A stretch of DNA of 64,000 bases from the human T2T-CHM13v2.0 reference genome, Homo sapiens, in NCBI RefSeq assembly GCF_009914755.1, contig NC_060935.1. One strand, written 5' to 3'. The notes under the pieces are model-generated. The model was not told the DNA's origin, searched no databases, and worked only from the letters and a program-made list of their open reading frames with translations. Shown here in pieces: positions 29,499 to 41,667 of the stretch. How positions within the stretch are numbered: position 1 is the first letter of the stretch; each line of letters opens with the position of its first letter. The translations under genes were made by a program, and so were the position numbers.

Positions 29499-30150
29499 AA
29501 GAGAGAGAGAAGAAAATTATCAAAGAAACAAGGCAAAAAACCTTCCCTGTAGTGAAGGATATGAAATTTCAGATTGCAAGTAGTCCTCCAGTACTCAGAA
29601 CAATCAATAAAAACAGTCCACACCAAGGCACATCATCATAAAATTTTAGAACACCAGTGAGAAGAGAGAAAGAGATAGATCTTATAATAATAATAACAAC
29701 AACAACAACAAAAGAAAAGATAAAATGGGTTTCTCAACAGTGACACTGGAAATAGAAGACAGCAGAAAATGCTTTCAAAATTTTAAGTGAAAATGATTTC
29801 CAACCTAGAATTCTTCCCAGAAAAGCTACCAATCATATAATGGCAAATATGCTCCACCAAAGTGAGAGAGTAAACCATGTATGAGGAACAAATAGGATCC
29901 AGGAAGAGGGATAAACAAGTGATGGGCAGAAAGATAATTAAGCACATGAAAAGAGAGGGAGTTACTAACTCAAAATAAAACATATATGCAAGGAAATGTA
30001 ATCAAAGGACACAATATGTCTCAGCTAGGAATAATATGTATATAATCTTAATAATGTAAACCCTGAATATATTTTTGACAAACAAATAGATGATGTTACT
30101 ACATTGACAGCATGTGATTAGGGTAGGATGTGTTCTATTTGCAGGGAGGG
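29200..30150 (+). mobile_element. Ancient L1M fragments with (GA)n and (TAA/CAA)n microsatellites
   Basis: A-rich ORF1-like remnants (ccacaccaaggcacatcatcataaaatttt; gatttccaacctagaattc); (GA)n at about 29465-29510. Confidence 0.5.
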
Positions 30151-31321
30151 GTGATATACAAGGATTCTTGTTAAGTAAGTACATCACTGAAATATAAGCA
30201 CAGGGAAGGCAGGAGTTTTTGTTTTGTACACTGTGAATCCTAGTGCCTAGAACAATGCCTGGCACATAGTAGGTCCTCAATAAATGCATGTTGAATGAAT
30301 GAAACTTTCTCCTAAGAACCACTTCTTCTAGGAAATTTGTAAAGAAATCAGAAAGTAAGCCAAACAAATAAAAATAAACTTCAAAATTATAGTAAGTGGA
30401 ATCTGTTCCCAAAATGTTAAGACTACCATTTTCATACTTTATGAGTAATACTATAAGTTTATTTAAACTGAGTATCAAAATATTTAAGACACAATTTAAT
30501 AGCTAGATATTCCTAGGAGACTATTGTCTATAAATCTTTATGGTCGTTTGGTTGGTTGGAGAGGCCTTGAGGCTCAGAACAGTTCCAGGGAAATCAAGAT
30601 GCAATTTTCTCAATTTAAAAAATAAATTATTTTATTAACTTTTCCTCCCATTCACTCACTAATATCATACAAAGATGGACTGAGGGAAACTGCCTTGTTT
30701 TGCTTTGCAAACTGGCAGACTCCTGAAGACATAAAGCCCTCAGTACTTCCTCTCACATTTGATTCCAGAAATTTTTCACCAAGACACTGATAACTTTTAT
30801 TAAAATAAAAAGGGTGCATCTTTGGATAAACACAATCTTCCCTTCCATCTAACAGATCTAAATTGTGTCTACATCCCAATTTAACTTGGGTGAACTTATT
30901 GTCTGACTTTTAGGGTAATGAACCCATGAATTGTTCATTCACTGCCTTGCTCTTTCTGCCTCATTGAGCATTTGCAGGAACCTATTATGTGCCAAACACT
31001 GTGCAAAGACGCTAGTGGAGGAACAAGACTAGGTCAAATAATCCTGGGTGCGCAAAGCTAAAATAGCTAGTCCCATAGAGACACTCAAGAAGACAACAAA
31101 CGTGACTAATGGGGTGTGTTTGTGTTTAGGTTGTTAAACTTCCCTTGGTGTCTGGTAAGCACTCGTCACAGAGCAGCGTGCGGGGATTCCAGTCTTGGCA
31201 GCCTTAACAGAAACTACTGCCTAATCTGCCCCAGGCAGGAGCTGGGTGCTGGGTTGTGGGACACCCAATGCGTGCCTGTGAAGCAGAGGGCCTAGTCTGG
31301 GAATTGTGCCATGCTATGGCA

Positions 31322-32387
31322 TATCGGGGGAACCTGCCCCCGATAATTCAATGTTATTTCATGTAGGTTCTTTTCTATTTCCCTAAGTGACGACCAGTCT
31401 GAGAAATAAAGGGAAAGAGTACAAAAGAGAGAAATTTTAAAGCTGGGTATCCGGGGGAGACATCACATGTCAGCAGCCACAAAACCAGCAAGTTTTTATT
31501 AGTGATTTTCAAAGGGGAGGGAGTGTACGAATAGGGTGTGGGTCACAGAGTTCACATGCTTCACAAGGTAATAAAATATTACAAGGCAAATGGAGGCAGG
31601 GTGAGATCACAGGACCAGGGCGAAATTAAAATTGCTAATGAAGTTTTGGGCACGCATTGTCATTGATAACAACTTATCAGGAGACAGGATTTGAAAGCAG
31701 ACAACCGGTCTGACTAAAAATTTACTAGGTGGGAATTTCCTCGTCCTAATAGGCCTGGGAATGCTACGGGAGACCAAAGCTTATTTCATCCCTTATCTTC
31801 AACCGTAAAAGACAGACATTCCCAGAGCGGCCATTTTAGAGACTTACACCTGGGAATGCATTCTCTTTCTCAGGGCTGTTCCTTGCTGAGAAAAGAAATT
31901 CAGCAGTATTTCTCCTATTTGCTTTTGAAAGAAGAGAAATATGGCTCTGTTCTGCCCGGCTCTTAGGCAGCCAGACCTAACGGTTATCTCCCTTGTTCCC
32001 TGAACATCGCTGTTATCCTGTTCTTTTTTCAAGGTGCCCAGATTTCATATTGTTTAAACACACATGCTTATGAACAATTCATGCAGTTAATGCAATCATC
32101 ACAGGGTCCTGAGGTGACATACATCCTCAGCTTACGAAGGTGACGGGATTAAGAAATTAAAGTAAAGACAGGTATAGGAAATCACAAGAGTATTGATTGG
32201 AGAAGTGATAAATGTCCATGAAATCTTCAAAATTTACGTTCAGAGATTGCAGTAAAGACAGGTGCAAGAAATTGTAAAAGTATTAATTTGGGGAACTAAT
32301 AAATGTCCATAAAATCTTCAGAATTTATGTTCTTTTGCCATGGCTTCAGCCGGTCCCTCCGTTTGGGGTCTCTGACTTCCTGCAACA
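31322..32387 (-). repeat. 3' LTR (MER11 family)
   Basis: Minus strand starts TGTTGCAGGAAGTCAGAGACCCC and ends CCCCCGATA. Preceded by polypurine tract AAAAAGAAAGGGAGAGA (32388-32404). 20 bp shorter than the 5' LTR because of a deletion near 31476. Confidence 0.9.
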
Positions 32388-32389
32388 TC

Positions 32390-34520
32390 TCTCCCTTTCT
32401 TTTTATATAAATGTGCCATGGCAATGAAGGCTTGTTCGTTCTCTCGATTTTGACGCAGGATTCTTTGACTGGTCTGGCATACTAAAGATAAGCTGATTAA
32501 ACAGAGAAACATAATTCCAAAATTTGCTACAATCGAGCCCCCAATAGACTTAATCCAAGTTGTGGGGTTTAATCCAGAAAGATTTTCTGCCACCTGATCT
32601 AATGCCTCTGCTCCAGGCACAATGGATAAATGAGCTTGAGAGGCTTCAAAAGTTTGTTTCTTTAATTTAGTTATGTCCAGTGATAAATTATCTTCCCTAC
32701 CTAGGAGGTGTCCTTTGACCATTTCCCATGAATGATCAGTCTAGTTATAGGAATACGGGGTGATACAGAAATCTGAAGTATTCCAATTGCACTGCATTTG
32801 CATGCAATGTTTGAGACTCACCACCCAATCTCCAAGCCAAATAACAGACTGTCTTAAATCATTAATTTGATTAGCCAATTTTTGATCAATGCCTTGTTGA
32901 GAATTCCACATTTGGGTGGAATTGGTTTGCCAATCATTAACAACATCAGCCGTTTGAATAGATTGGTGTAACGCCATTCCGGCAGTGGTGGCCAGTGCAG
33001 TGACTATAATTAGGCCCATGATCACAGCGATTAAAGTGAAAACAAATCTCTTAGATCTTTTTATAATTCGCTGTAACACTTCATTAATTAAATGTATTGA
33101 GGGGGAGGATTCCCAAGGTCTGGGCAAACTTACCGGAATCCAGATTCCTTCTTGAGCTTGAACCAACATTACACTTTTCCAGGAGTCAAAATAGGAGTTA
33201 TTTCAAGTGTATAAATGACAATTAATGCATTGGACAGTTTGATTGTTTGTCCAAATTTTGATATTTCCCACTAACAGCATGTAAGGAGGCTTAACACAAC
33301 TCTGTATGGGAACAGTCAGGTTGGATGTAAGTAAAATGGAATGTCTGGATCTACATTGATACTGAGGGAGAGGGACGGTATCGGAGACAACAGACAGAAT
33401 AGTTTCCCCTTCCCATACTCGCAGTCCAATTTCCAAAGTCACAATAGCCAATTTCCAAAGTTCTGGATGTTCTGAGCTCAGAATGGAGAGTATCACACGA
33501 GGTCTCAGGGGGTAGGGGGGTGCGTAATGCCTTTATCTTCCCATTTTAAGGGAAAGAATGAACTGAACATCCTATGCAAAGTAGAATGATGATTCTCGTT
33601 CTCCCAATAAGAAATAAAATAAGCAGCCTCCAGGCATTCCCTTCCGCCAGAGGAGCAATTTTTTTTTGAATAGCCTTTGGTGCCCAGTCTATTACTAAAC
33701 CATATGAGTCATTTTTTAATATTACTGCATGTGAGTTAACACAATCTTCTCAAACTAAAGTTTTAGATGGGCCCTCAAAATTTTTAGGGCATGGTTTTCC
33801 TGCAGGTTTATATTGAAAGTATGGGGTATCTCCCATTACTTCCCCTTTCATTTGTTTTAAAGGAGAAAGGGAGAGGCTGGAGACCAAATGTCCCGGTTCC
33901 TCTGTAGCTGATCTCTCCGGAAGTTAAGCAGCCCAGACTTGAGTTTCTAGATGGATATAACCAGGTGCATGTCTGAGGCACAGAGGGCAGTATTTATAAC
34001 TCATGATAACATTAAATGCAGTGCCTTCTTCTCCTGGTTGAGCAGGGCAATGATCATCTGTAGCTCCAGGCATCCACACACTATCTTTAGTGTAGATTTC
34101 TGCAGGAGCACCCATCCAGGTGAGAGGTCAAATAAGTGGAGGAAAAGACACATAAGCCCAGTAAGAATAATTTTGTGTAGCAGATAAATCAGTGTGAGAG
34201 GAAACTGGTGAGACAGAAAGTATAAGGAGGAGAATCATTAAATAAAACCTATTGTAGGTGAGATTCAGTGCAGAAGGAAGAAGAGAAGAACAGAGGGATG
34301 TTATTTTCAGGCTCACAGAAACGGTGAGATTTTTAGGTTTGTGAGCAGAAAAAGAAAGGTAATTAGAAGTGGGATTAGTTAGATGGGTCTCCATTGCCAA
34401 CAGGGAGGATTGAATCAGATCCATTTTGATTTGGCGTGCCAGCTTCTGAGGAGTTGGCACAGATCTCACCACATCTGAGGGTGGTCTCTGACGCGGACAT
34501 CTTTTCCCTGTGGTTTTCAT
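32390..34520 (-). pseudogene. env: HERV-K env remnant
   Basis: Hydrophobic leader (ILLLILSVSPVSS), SU fragments, furin site KRSKR followed by fusion peptide [13 protein letters not shown], heptad [26 protein letters not shown], and TM anchor. Broken by stops and frameshifts. Confidence 0.9.
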
Positions 34521-34529
34521 TTGATGATC

Positions 34530-36060
34530 TCCTGGTGAAACACAAGCATGTCCTCTTTCCCATGTTAAGTAGAATCAGAGACAATATTTAAAGGTTTGGG
34601 GAAATCTTGTAAGGCAGTAATAACAGCACTTAACTCTGCCTTTTGAGCAGAGGTATAAGGGGTAGAAATAAGCTTGTTTGTAGGACCTATATAACCAGCA
34701 TTTACCTTGCTGAAGCCATCAGTGAACACTGTAACAGCCTCAGGAATGGGCTGATCTTTGGTCAATCGAGGGACCACCCAAGAAGTCATTTTTATAAAAT
34801 CAAACAGTTTGTTTTTTGGATAATGATTGTCAATAACACCAATAAAATTAATCAAGTGAACTTGCCATAGCACGGAATGTTGAAAGGCGATTTGAACTTT
34901 GAGCCGATTTAAAGGAACTACAATTAAATTCGGATCAAATCTGGAAATTTTAAGTATTCTACACCATGCCTGTCCAATTAAAATGGCCATTTGGTCCAGA
35001 TAAACAGACAAAGTTTTTGACACAGAATGAGGAAGAAAGCACCAGTCTACTAAATCATTATGTTGAACTATTAGCCCAGTAGGGGAAAGAAATGAAGCGA
35101 AAACTAGAAGCTGAAAAGGCTGAGATGGCTGTACTGTAGATAACTGGGTGGTCTGGATTCTTTCCTCTGCGAATTCCAGTTTAGTGAAGCCTCAGGAGTC
35201 AAAGTCCTGGGACTGTGGAGATTGGAATCTCCCCGCAGCGTAGAAAACAAATTAGACAGTGCATAGGTTGGAATGCCTAAACTAGGTCTTAAATAATTAA
35301 TGTTACCCAAAAGTTGTTGGAAGTCATTTTAAGTTTTCAAAGAATCTCTCCTCATTTGAACTTTTTGAAGTTGAATACATTGTCTATTGACCACCATTCC
35401 TAAATATTGAACAGGAGTGGTCTGTTGAATTTTATCCTGAGCGATGTGTAATCTATCCTCTGTAACACGGCGGCTCATAATTTGATAACAGTCAATTAAT
35501 TCTTTATCATTGGGGGCAGCAATTAAAATATCATCAATATAACGAAGAATATAGGCCTGGGGAAATTGGGCTCGAACTGTTGAATGCACTTGCCCAACAT
35601 AAAGCTGGCAGATTATAGGGCTATTTAGCATTCCGTGAGGAAGTACTTTCCATTGATAACAAGCTGCAGGCTCCTGATTATTGATAGATGGTACAGTAAA
35701 AGCAAATTTTTCACAATCTGATTTATGTAAAGGAATATGAAAAAACAATCTTTAAGATCAATAACTATGAGAGGCCAATTTTTAGGTATTAAAGCAGGGG
35801 CAGGCATGCCAGGTTGGACGGCCCCCATAGGTTTAATTACAGCATTAATGGCCCTTAAATCGGTTACCATCCGCCACTTGCCTGATTTCTTTTTTACTAG
35901 AAACACAGGAGAATTCCATGGGGAAAGAGAAGGTTCCACATTTCCAAGTTGTAACTGTTCAGAAACCAAGTGAGTTAAAGCCTCCAGTTTTTCTTTAGAA
36001 AGCAGCCACTGCTGAATCCAAATGGTGTGTCAGATTTCTATTGTAAAGGGATAGGATCAG
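34530..36060 (-). pseudogene. pol: HERV-K pol remnant (RT, partial RNase H; integrase almost wholly deleted)
   Basis: [40 protein letters not shown] motif, RNase H VFTDG...SAQKAEL. It jumps from LNIVSDST (about 34570) to the extreme integrase C-terminus. Confidence 0.92.
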
Positions 36061-36079
36061 GAGGCGTGGCAGTGGCCAC

Positions 36080-36420
36080 CGTTAAAAACGATAACCTAAA
36101 CCCGCCCTGTTTTCTTTTACAGTAACTGGGAGGGGTTTAGTAATCCCTTCATGTTTTGGACCGAGACTGAGTCCAGGAACAAACCCCATGTTTTCCATCA
36201 TATGCTGACTTGGGAGCACTATAAGAGTTATGTGGAATATTAATTTAAGCCCCAGTATCTACTAGGCCCTCAAACTTTTTTACTTGAATGTGTATGGTGC
36301 AGGTGGGCCGTTGTTTAGAAATTACATTAATCCAATAAGCAGCTTTCTCCAGAGCCTATCCCAGGGCCACGTGTCTTATCTCCTTTGTTTAAAATGATAT
36401 TAGGTAGTAAAAGCAATTGA
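36080..36420 (-). pseudogene. pro: HERV-K pro remnant (dUTPase tail, protease DTG motif, G-patch)
   Basis: Minus-strand translation gives QLLLLP, then LVDTGA at about 36248-36265, followed directly by INIPHNSYSAPSQHMMENMGFVPGLSLG...GLGY (G-patch-like). Confidence 0.8.
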
Positions 36421-37662
36421 ACTTATTTAGCAGTAGTAAAAGAAACAGGAGCTTGGCCTGGGGCGCATAATTTATCCTAAGCTCTCATACACACCTTTGT
36501 TCCTTGTTTTGTGGTAAGAGCATCAAAGCCTAATTGGGCATAAGTATCAGAGAAACTATTGGAGCCTGTGAGCTGAGTCTGAGTAATTAGAATGCCATTA
36601 GTCCAATTTAGCTGAGCCTGTAGACCGGCCTCCTCTGCCCACCAGGCTGAGATGGGGTCAGAACAGCTTTTTGCCAAAAGATCCTAGTCTAAAGGAAGCA
36701 AAGTGACCTGTGTACAAAAAGTTTGTAATACCATTTTAACATAAGGAGAAGTAGGACCATACTGAGTACAAGCATCCTTAAGTTCTTTTAAAAAGATAAG
36801 ATTACAAGGTACATAATGACACAGACGGGAATGACGGTGTGAGAAAGGGGCATTGAAGGAGCAGAAGAGGCAGAGATTACTGGCATCCATGTGTGAAGAA
36901 GGGTACAGAGAAGCAGGCTGGGTGGATGGCCAAGTGACTGGTTGAGGAACCGAAATGACAGGAGGGTGAGGGGCTGCAGTGGTTGGGGGAGGCCCTGGAG
37001 AATTATAGGTAAATTATAGGTTGGTCCTGGAGCCATTAGCTGATGCCAGAGGTTTGAAGAGAGAAGAATTAGCATATCTATGGTCCTGGGCTGTGTGAGT
37101 CAAGGCTGGGAGCTTCAAGTACCTGCTCTTGGTGAAAAGAAGTAAGATCAGTAGGGGGTAAATTTAAGCCAAAGTCACCGGAGTTAGATATTGAAGTCTC
37201 AGCATCATTAAATGGGAGAGGAACAGGCAAACGGAGAGGCTGATCAGATAATGAAAGCTGTGCAGGAGAGGAAAGTTGAGGAGGTATTAGGACGGCATGT
37301 ACCAAGGCCCAATCACCCCAAACAGTGATGGGAACATAATTCTCTGTTGAGACAAGTTCCTGGAGTGTTGTACCAACAAGATCCTATACTTTTACATATA
37401 TGTTTCCTTTTTCAGGAAACCAAGGACAGTATTTTTCCACCGCCCTGAATAGAGTGACCATATTTTCCATAGGCACTTGAACCTTTGCTGGTTTTAACAG
37501 GTCTACATCTAAGCTTCCTTTTTCAGGAAACCAAGGACAGTATTTTCCCACTGCCCTGAATAGAGTGACCATATTTTCCATGGGCACTTGAACCTTTCCC
37601 TGTTTTAACCGGAGTTTAATATAGAAGAGATAAGTATAATTTTTAGACTCCGTGTGACCCAT
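36421..37662 (-). pseudogene. gag: HERV-K gag remnant (MA, p15, N-terminal CA)
   Basis: MGHTESK start (Gly2), betaretroviral matrix motif CPWFPEKG twice, and CA motif LKELKDACTQYGPTSPYVK. Truncated before the major homology region and NC. Confidence 0.88.
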
Positions 37663-37801
37663 AGTTAACCTGGACCATACACAGACTACTCACCAGTCGT
37701 CAGGGAGTCGAACAAGCATTTCTGTGGACCAAACCGATGACATTTCTCTGCACCTACCAAAGGGAATCGGGTTCCCACATGCACTTGGGAAAAAGAAAAA
37801 A

Positions 37802-37817
37802 CCATGTTGGTGGGCCA
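37802..37817 (-). other. Degenerate tRNA-Lys primer binding site
   Basis: TGGCCCACCAACATGG just inside the 5' LTR, compared with the Lys1,2 PBS TGGCGCCCAACGTGG. Confidence 0.6.
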
Positions 37818-37819
37818 GA

Positions 37820-38905
37820 TATCAGGAGAACCCGCCCCAAATAATTCAATGTTATTTCATGTAGGTTCTTTTCTATTTCCCTAAGTGTTGGACGGTCTGA
37901 GAAATAAAGGGAAAGAGTACAAAAGAGAGAAATTTTAAAGCTGGGTATCCGGGGCACACATCACATGTCAGCAGGTTCCGTGATGCCCCCCAAGCCGCAA
38001 AACCAGCAAGTTTTTATTAGTGATTTTCAAAGGGGAGGGAGTGTACGAATAGGGTGTGGGTCACAGAGATCACATGCTTCACAAGGTAATAAAATATTAC
38101 AAGGCAAATGGAGGCAGGGCAAGATCACAGGACCAGGGTGAAATTAAAATTGCTAATGAAGTTTTGGGCACGCATTGTCATTGATAACATCTTATCAGGA
38201 GACAGGGTTTGAAAGCAGACAATCGGTCTAACTAAAAATTTGCGAGGTGGGAATTTCCTTGTCCTAATAGGCCTGGGAACGCTACGGGAGACCGAGGCTT
38301 ATTTCATCCCTTATCTTCAACCATAAAAGACAGACGTTCCCAGAGTGGCCATTTTAGAGACCTACCCCTGGGAATGCATTCTCTTCCTCAGGGCTGTTCC
38401 TTGCTGAGAAAAGAAATTCAGCAGTATTTCTCCTATTTGCTTTTGAAAGAAGAGAAATATGGCTCTGTTCCACCTGGCTCTCAGGCAGCCAAACCTAATG
38501 GTTATCTCCCTTGTTCCCTGAACATCGCTGTTATCCTGTTCTTTTTTCAAGGTGCCCAGATTTCATATTGTTTAAACACACATGCCTACGAACAATTTGT
38601 GCAGTTAATGCAATCATCACAGGGTCCTGAGGTGACATACATCCTCAGCTTACGAAGTTGACAGGATGAAGAAATTAAAGTAAAGACAGGCATAGGAAAT
38701 CACAAGAGTATTGATTGGGGAAGTGATAAATGTCCATGAAATCTTCAAAATTTATGTTCAGAGATTGCAGTAAAGACAGGCGTAAGAAATTATAAAAGTA
38801 TTAATTGGGGGAACTAATAAATGTCCATGAAATCTTCAGAATTTATGTTCTTTTGCCATGGCTTCAGCTGGTCCCTCCGTTCAGGGTCCCTGACTTCCCA
38901 CAACA
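37820..38905 (-). repeat. 5' LTR (MER11 family)
   Basis: Minus strand starts TGTTGTGGGAAGTCAGGGACCCTGAACGGAGGGACC. Colinear with the 3' LTR. Internal ~90-bp U3 repeats at about 38670-38850. Confidence 0.9.
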
Positions 38906-39504
38906 ATAGCAGTATGGCCATCTGTCCAAATACTTCAGAAAAGTCCTAGTGACACAGACCTGGCCTTTGGAGATAGTGCCAGCTTTTGAGTGCCAGTTCC
39001 AAAGGTTCAAATTTCCCTTCAGATAATATTTCTGGGCTTCTTGGGAGGCCAAACACCAATTATGACTCCTCTTGAGCTCCCAGCTTGCTTCCTGGGCCTT
39101 GTGCACCACTGATAACATAGACAGGCTGGGGAGCCCACCACTCCAAGTTCTGGGGTCTTCCAGATTTTCTTTCCTACTCAGCTTCCTTTCCTCTCCTGCC
39201 AGGCTGGCCCAAGGGCCCTGCGAAGAGTGGTGCTTCCCAGAACTACTGGGCTACCAGTTCTGCCAGACCTCAGAGAGGGTGGTAGTGGCCGAGGAAGAAA
39301 TGGGGCAGAGGGCACAACCCTCATGCAGGTAGCACCTCGAAACTTTGCCTGTCCACTAGGCAGCCATTTATCTGGGCTGGAATCAGGGAGAGGGACACAG
39401 AAGTCTCCCCTAGAATTGCAGGGTTTTTGGAAAAAGGGCTCCCAAGTGAAGGCCGCCTTGGTGTCCCTCATTGTTTCCAAAAGCGAGCCCACCATCTAAA
39501 AATC

Positions 39505-39866
39505 TAAACAGTTGAACTCATGGACCTAGAGAGTAGAGATGGTTATCAGAGGCTGAGAAGGGTAATGGGTGGTGATGGTGGAGATGGGAATGGTTAAAGG
39601 GTACAAAAAAAATTGAATGAATAAGACCTACCATTTGCTAGCACAACAGGGTGACTATAGTCAATAATAACTTAATTGTACATTTAAAAATAACTAAAAC
39701 AGTGTAATTGGATTGTTTGTAACACAAAGGATACATGCTTGAGGGGACAAATACCCTATTCTCCATGATGTGATTATTACATTGTATGCTTGTATCAAAA
39801 CATCTCATGAACCCCATAAATATATACACCTAGTATGAACTTACACAAATTAAAAATTAAAAAACA
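39505..39866 (+). mobile_element. L1MA 3' end
   Basis: gaactcatggac...gcacaacagggtgactatagtcaataataacttaattgtacattt...aaattaaaaattaaaaaa. Confidence 0.8.
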
Positions 39867-40974
39867 AAGCAGAACCAAAAACACAAAAGCGCATCCAACA
39901 GTCTAGACGTAGAGAACCTTCGCATACATAGAAATACTCCTTAGAGAGCTGCAGTTCCTGGTGTGGTACTACAAAGGTCCTGGAAGTCCTCCTGCCTTAC
40001 TTCGAGTCCGCCACAGGCCGGAGCTACTTCTAGAACAGTTCTGACTGCCTTCCCAGGGGAGGGGGCGACTGCAGGTCACCCTGCCTCAGTGCACGCTGCG
40101 CATCTGAGTTGCAGGCCGGGCGGCAGTCACCCGAGTCAGCGGTCCCGATTCTTCGTGGGTGTTACCTGGAGTTTCCATTGCACGGGTGCTGGAGGCCAAC
40201 CCGCCCTAGTCCCACCAGCTGGGTCCTGCCACAAGAAAAGGACCCAGAGGGCCTAGACAGATATCCCCTGAACTTTTTTCTGACCCGCAGAAACAGTGAG
40301 CATTACCTGCAGGGGTTCCGCCAGCCTCTGGCTTTGCTTCCTGCCCGGCAGCCTCCAGCAAGTTTTCCCGAATGCTCTCCAGGAGTGCAGTGGGCGCTGG
40401 CGGACTTATTTAGGGTCGCTGCTGCCAAGCGTCAGAGAGCGAACCGGAGGCCCGGGGCTGGGGGCTGTGGTGAGAGGCGCCCCTTTCTTTCTTGCCATCG
40501 CCCCTACCCCCAGCTCCTTCCTAGCCTATTCTGCCAAAGCTGGGATCTTCTCCTGGAACCCGGGAGCAAGAAGAGCTGGCAGTGCCGACTCCCAGAACCC
40601 GGCTTTCCTTCAGAAAAGATGGATAGGCCGAGTTTGTGTGCGTGGACGTGCATGTGTCGGTGTGCATGTTTAGGGGACAGTATGTACCCCCAATTGCATA
40701 AAACACGCCTGTTTTTGGAAACAGAAACACACGGGGTTGCTTTCGGGTATGGGTGTGGTTAGTTTGGGTTCCTGCGCACGCTCCCTTTTCGGAGCAGCTG
40801 GTGAGGGCGCATCTGTTCCAGTGAGTGCTGGCTGTCTGATGGACTGTCTGTGAATGCAGAAGGCAGAGCGTGTGGTGGGGGTCCTGCCATGTGAGTGATG
40901 ATGCGCGCACTGGCTGGTCTGTAGTCGCGAGTGGAACTTGTGTGAAAATTCTCAGGCTGACTCTCGGGCTGCAG

Positions 40975-41148
40975 CACCTGCTCCCCTCCGTGGGTGGCAG
41001 CTGGACCCCAGCGCGCTCAGCTCTCAGGCGCTTCAGCGAAGTGGGGTAGGGGTGTGGAACGAGAGAGATAGAGACCCGGGCATAGACCATCTCCGCCAGG
41101 CAGCTTGGCAAACAGGTGGCAGAGTTGCAGGGCAGCTGTGTAAGCCAA
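40975..41148 (+). promoter_or_regulatory. E-box cluster, paralogous to the CALCA neuroendocrine HLH enhancer
   Basis: CACCTG 40975, CAGCTG 40998, CAGGTG 41113 and GGCAGCTGTG 41131-41140, about 0.8-1 kb upstream of the TSS. Confidence 0.6.
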
Positions 41149-41667
41149 CTTCGGCGCAGCAGTGGAGGGTCCTGGCTTGGCGTGGGGGATGCTGGACCCG
41201 CGGTCGAGGATTTGGGGATATAGGGGAAGAGGGAGGAGGTGGATGCTGAGCCTTGTATGCAGGCTATGTCAGTTTAGCCCTCTCCCCAACCTCTCTTCGG
41301 CTCCTGCCCGTCCCAGAGGAGTGAGGTGGAGAAGGGCTGGCTGCCAGACTGGCACCAAAACAGCCTTCTTTGGGTGCCCAGGTTGCCAGGGCTCGAGGGG
41401 TCGGAGGATATCCAGGGAAGCACCCCAGGTGGTCCAAAAAGATCAAATTTTGAGGACCCCTCCCTCCCCTTTTCCCTCCCCCCCCCTCCTTCCCTGCCGT
41501 GGGCTCTTTCAGCTGTGGTCCCTTTAGAACCCAGGACTACTACTGCTCAACCTCGCTGGGGGTTCGGGTGGCTGGATTCGGGTCCCTCACTGGCGTGACA
41601 GGAGGGAGTGCGAGGCAGGAATTTAGGAGCCAAGGAGGTGAGAGCAGCTCTGGCCCCTCACTGTAGG

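Larger units (their letters stand above)
31322..38905 (-). mobile_element. HERV-K HML-8 (HERVK11) provirus, internally deleted
   Basis: Two homologous ~1.07-1.09 kb LTRs. 6-bp target-site duplication atggca (31316-31321) / atagca (38906-38911). Betaretroviral gag-pro-pol-env remnants in order on the - strand. Confidence 0.92.

Noticed and set aside
29207-30478. Hydrophobic 139-aa and 158-aa minus-strand ORFs
   Set aside because: Antisense reads of A-rich L1/L2 remnants and a (GA)n tract; low complexity.
38670-38850. ~90-bp repeated units resembling an array
   Set aside because: Present in both LTRs as a normal MER11 U3 feature; no unique spacers, not CRISPR-like.
40109-41111. 217-aa (+) and 196-aa (-) ORFs upstream of CALCB
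   Set aside because: GC-rich promoter flank, the 217-aa ORF begins at TTG, and there are no recognisable motifs.
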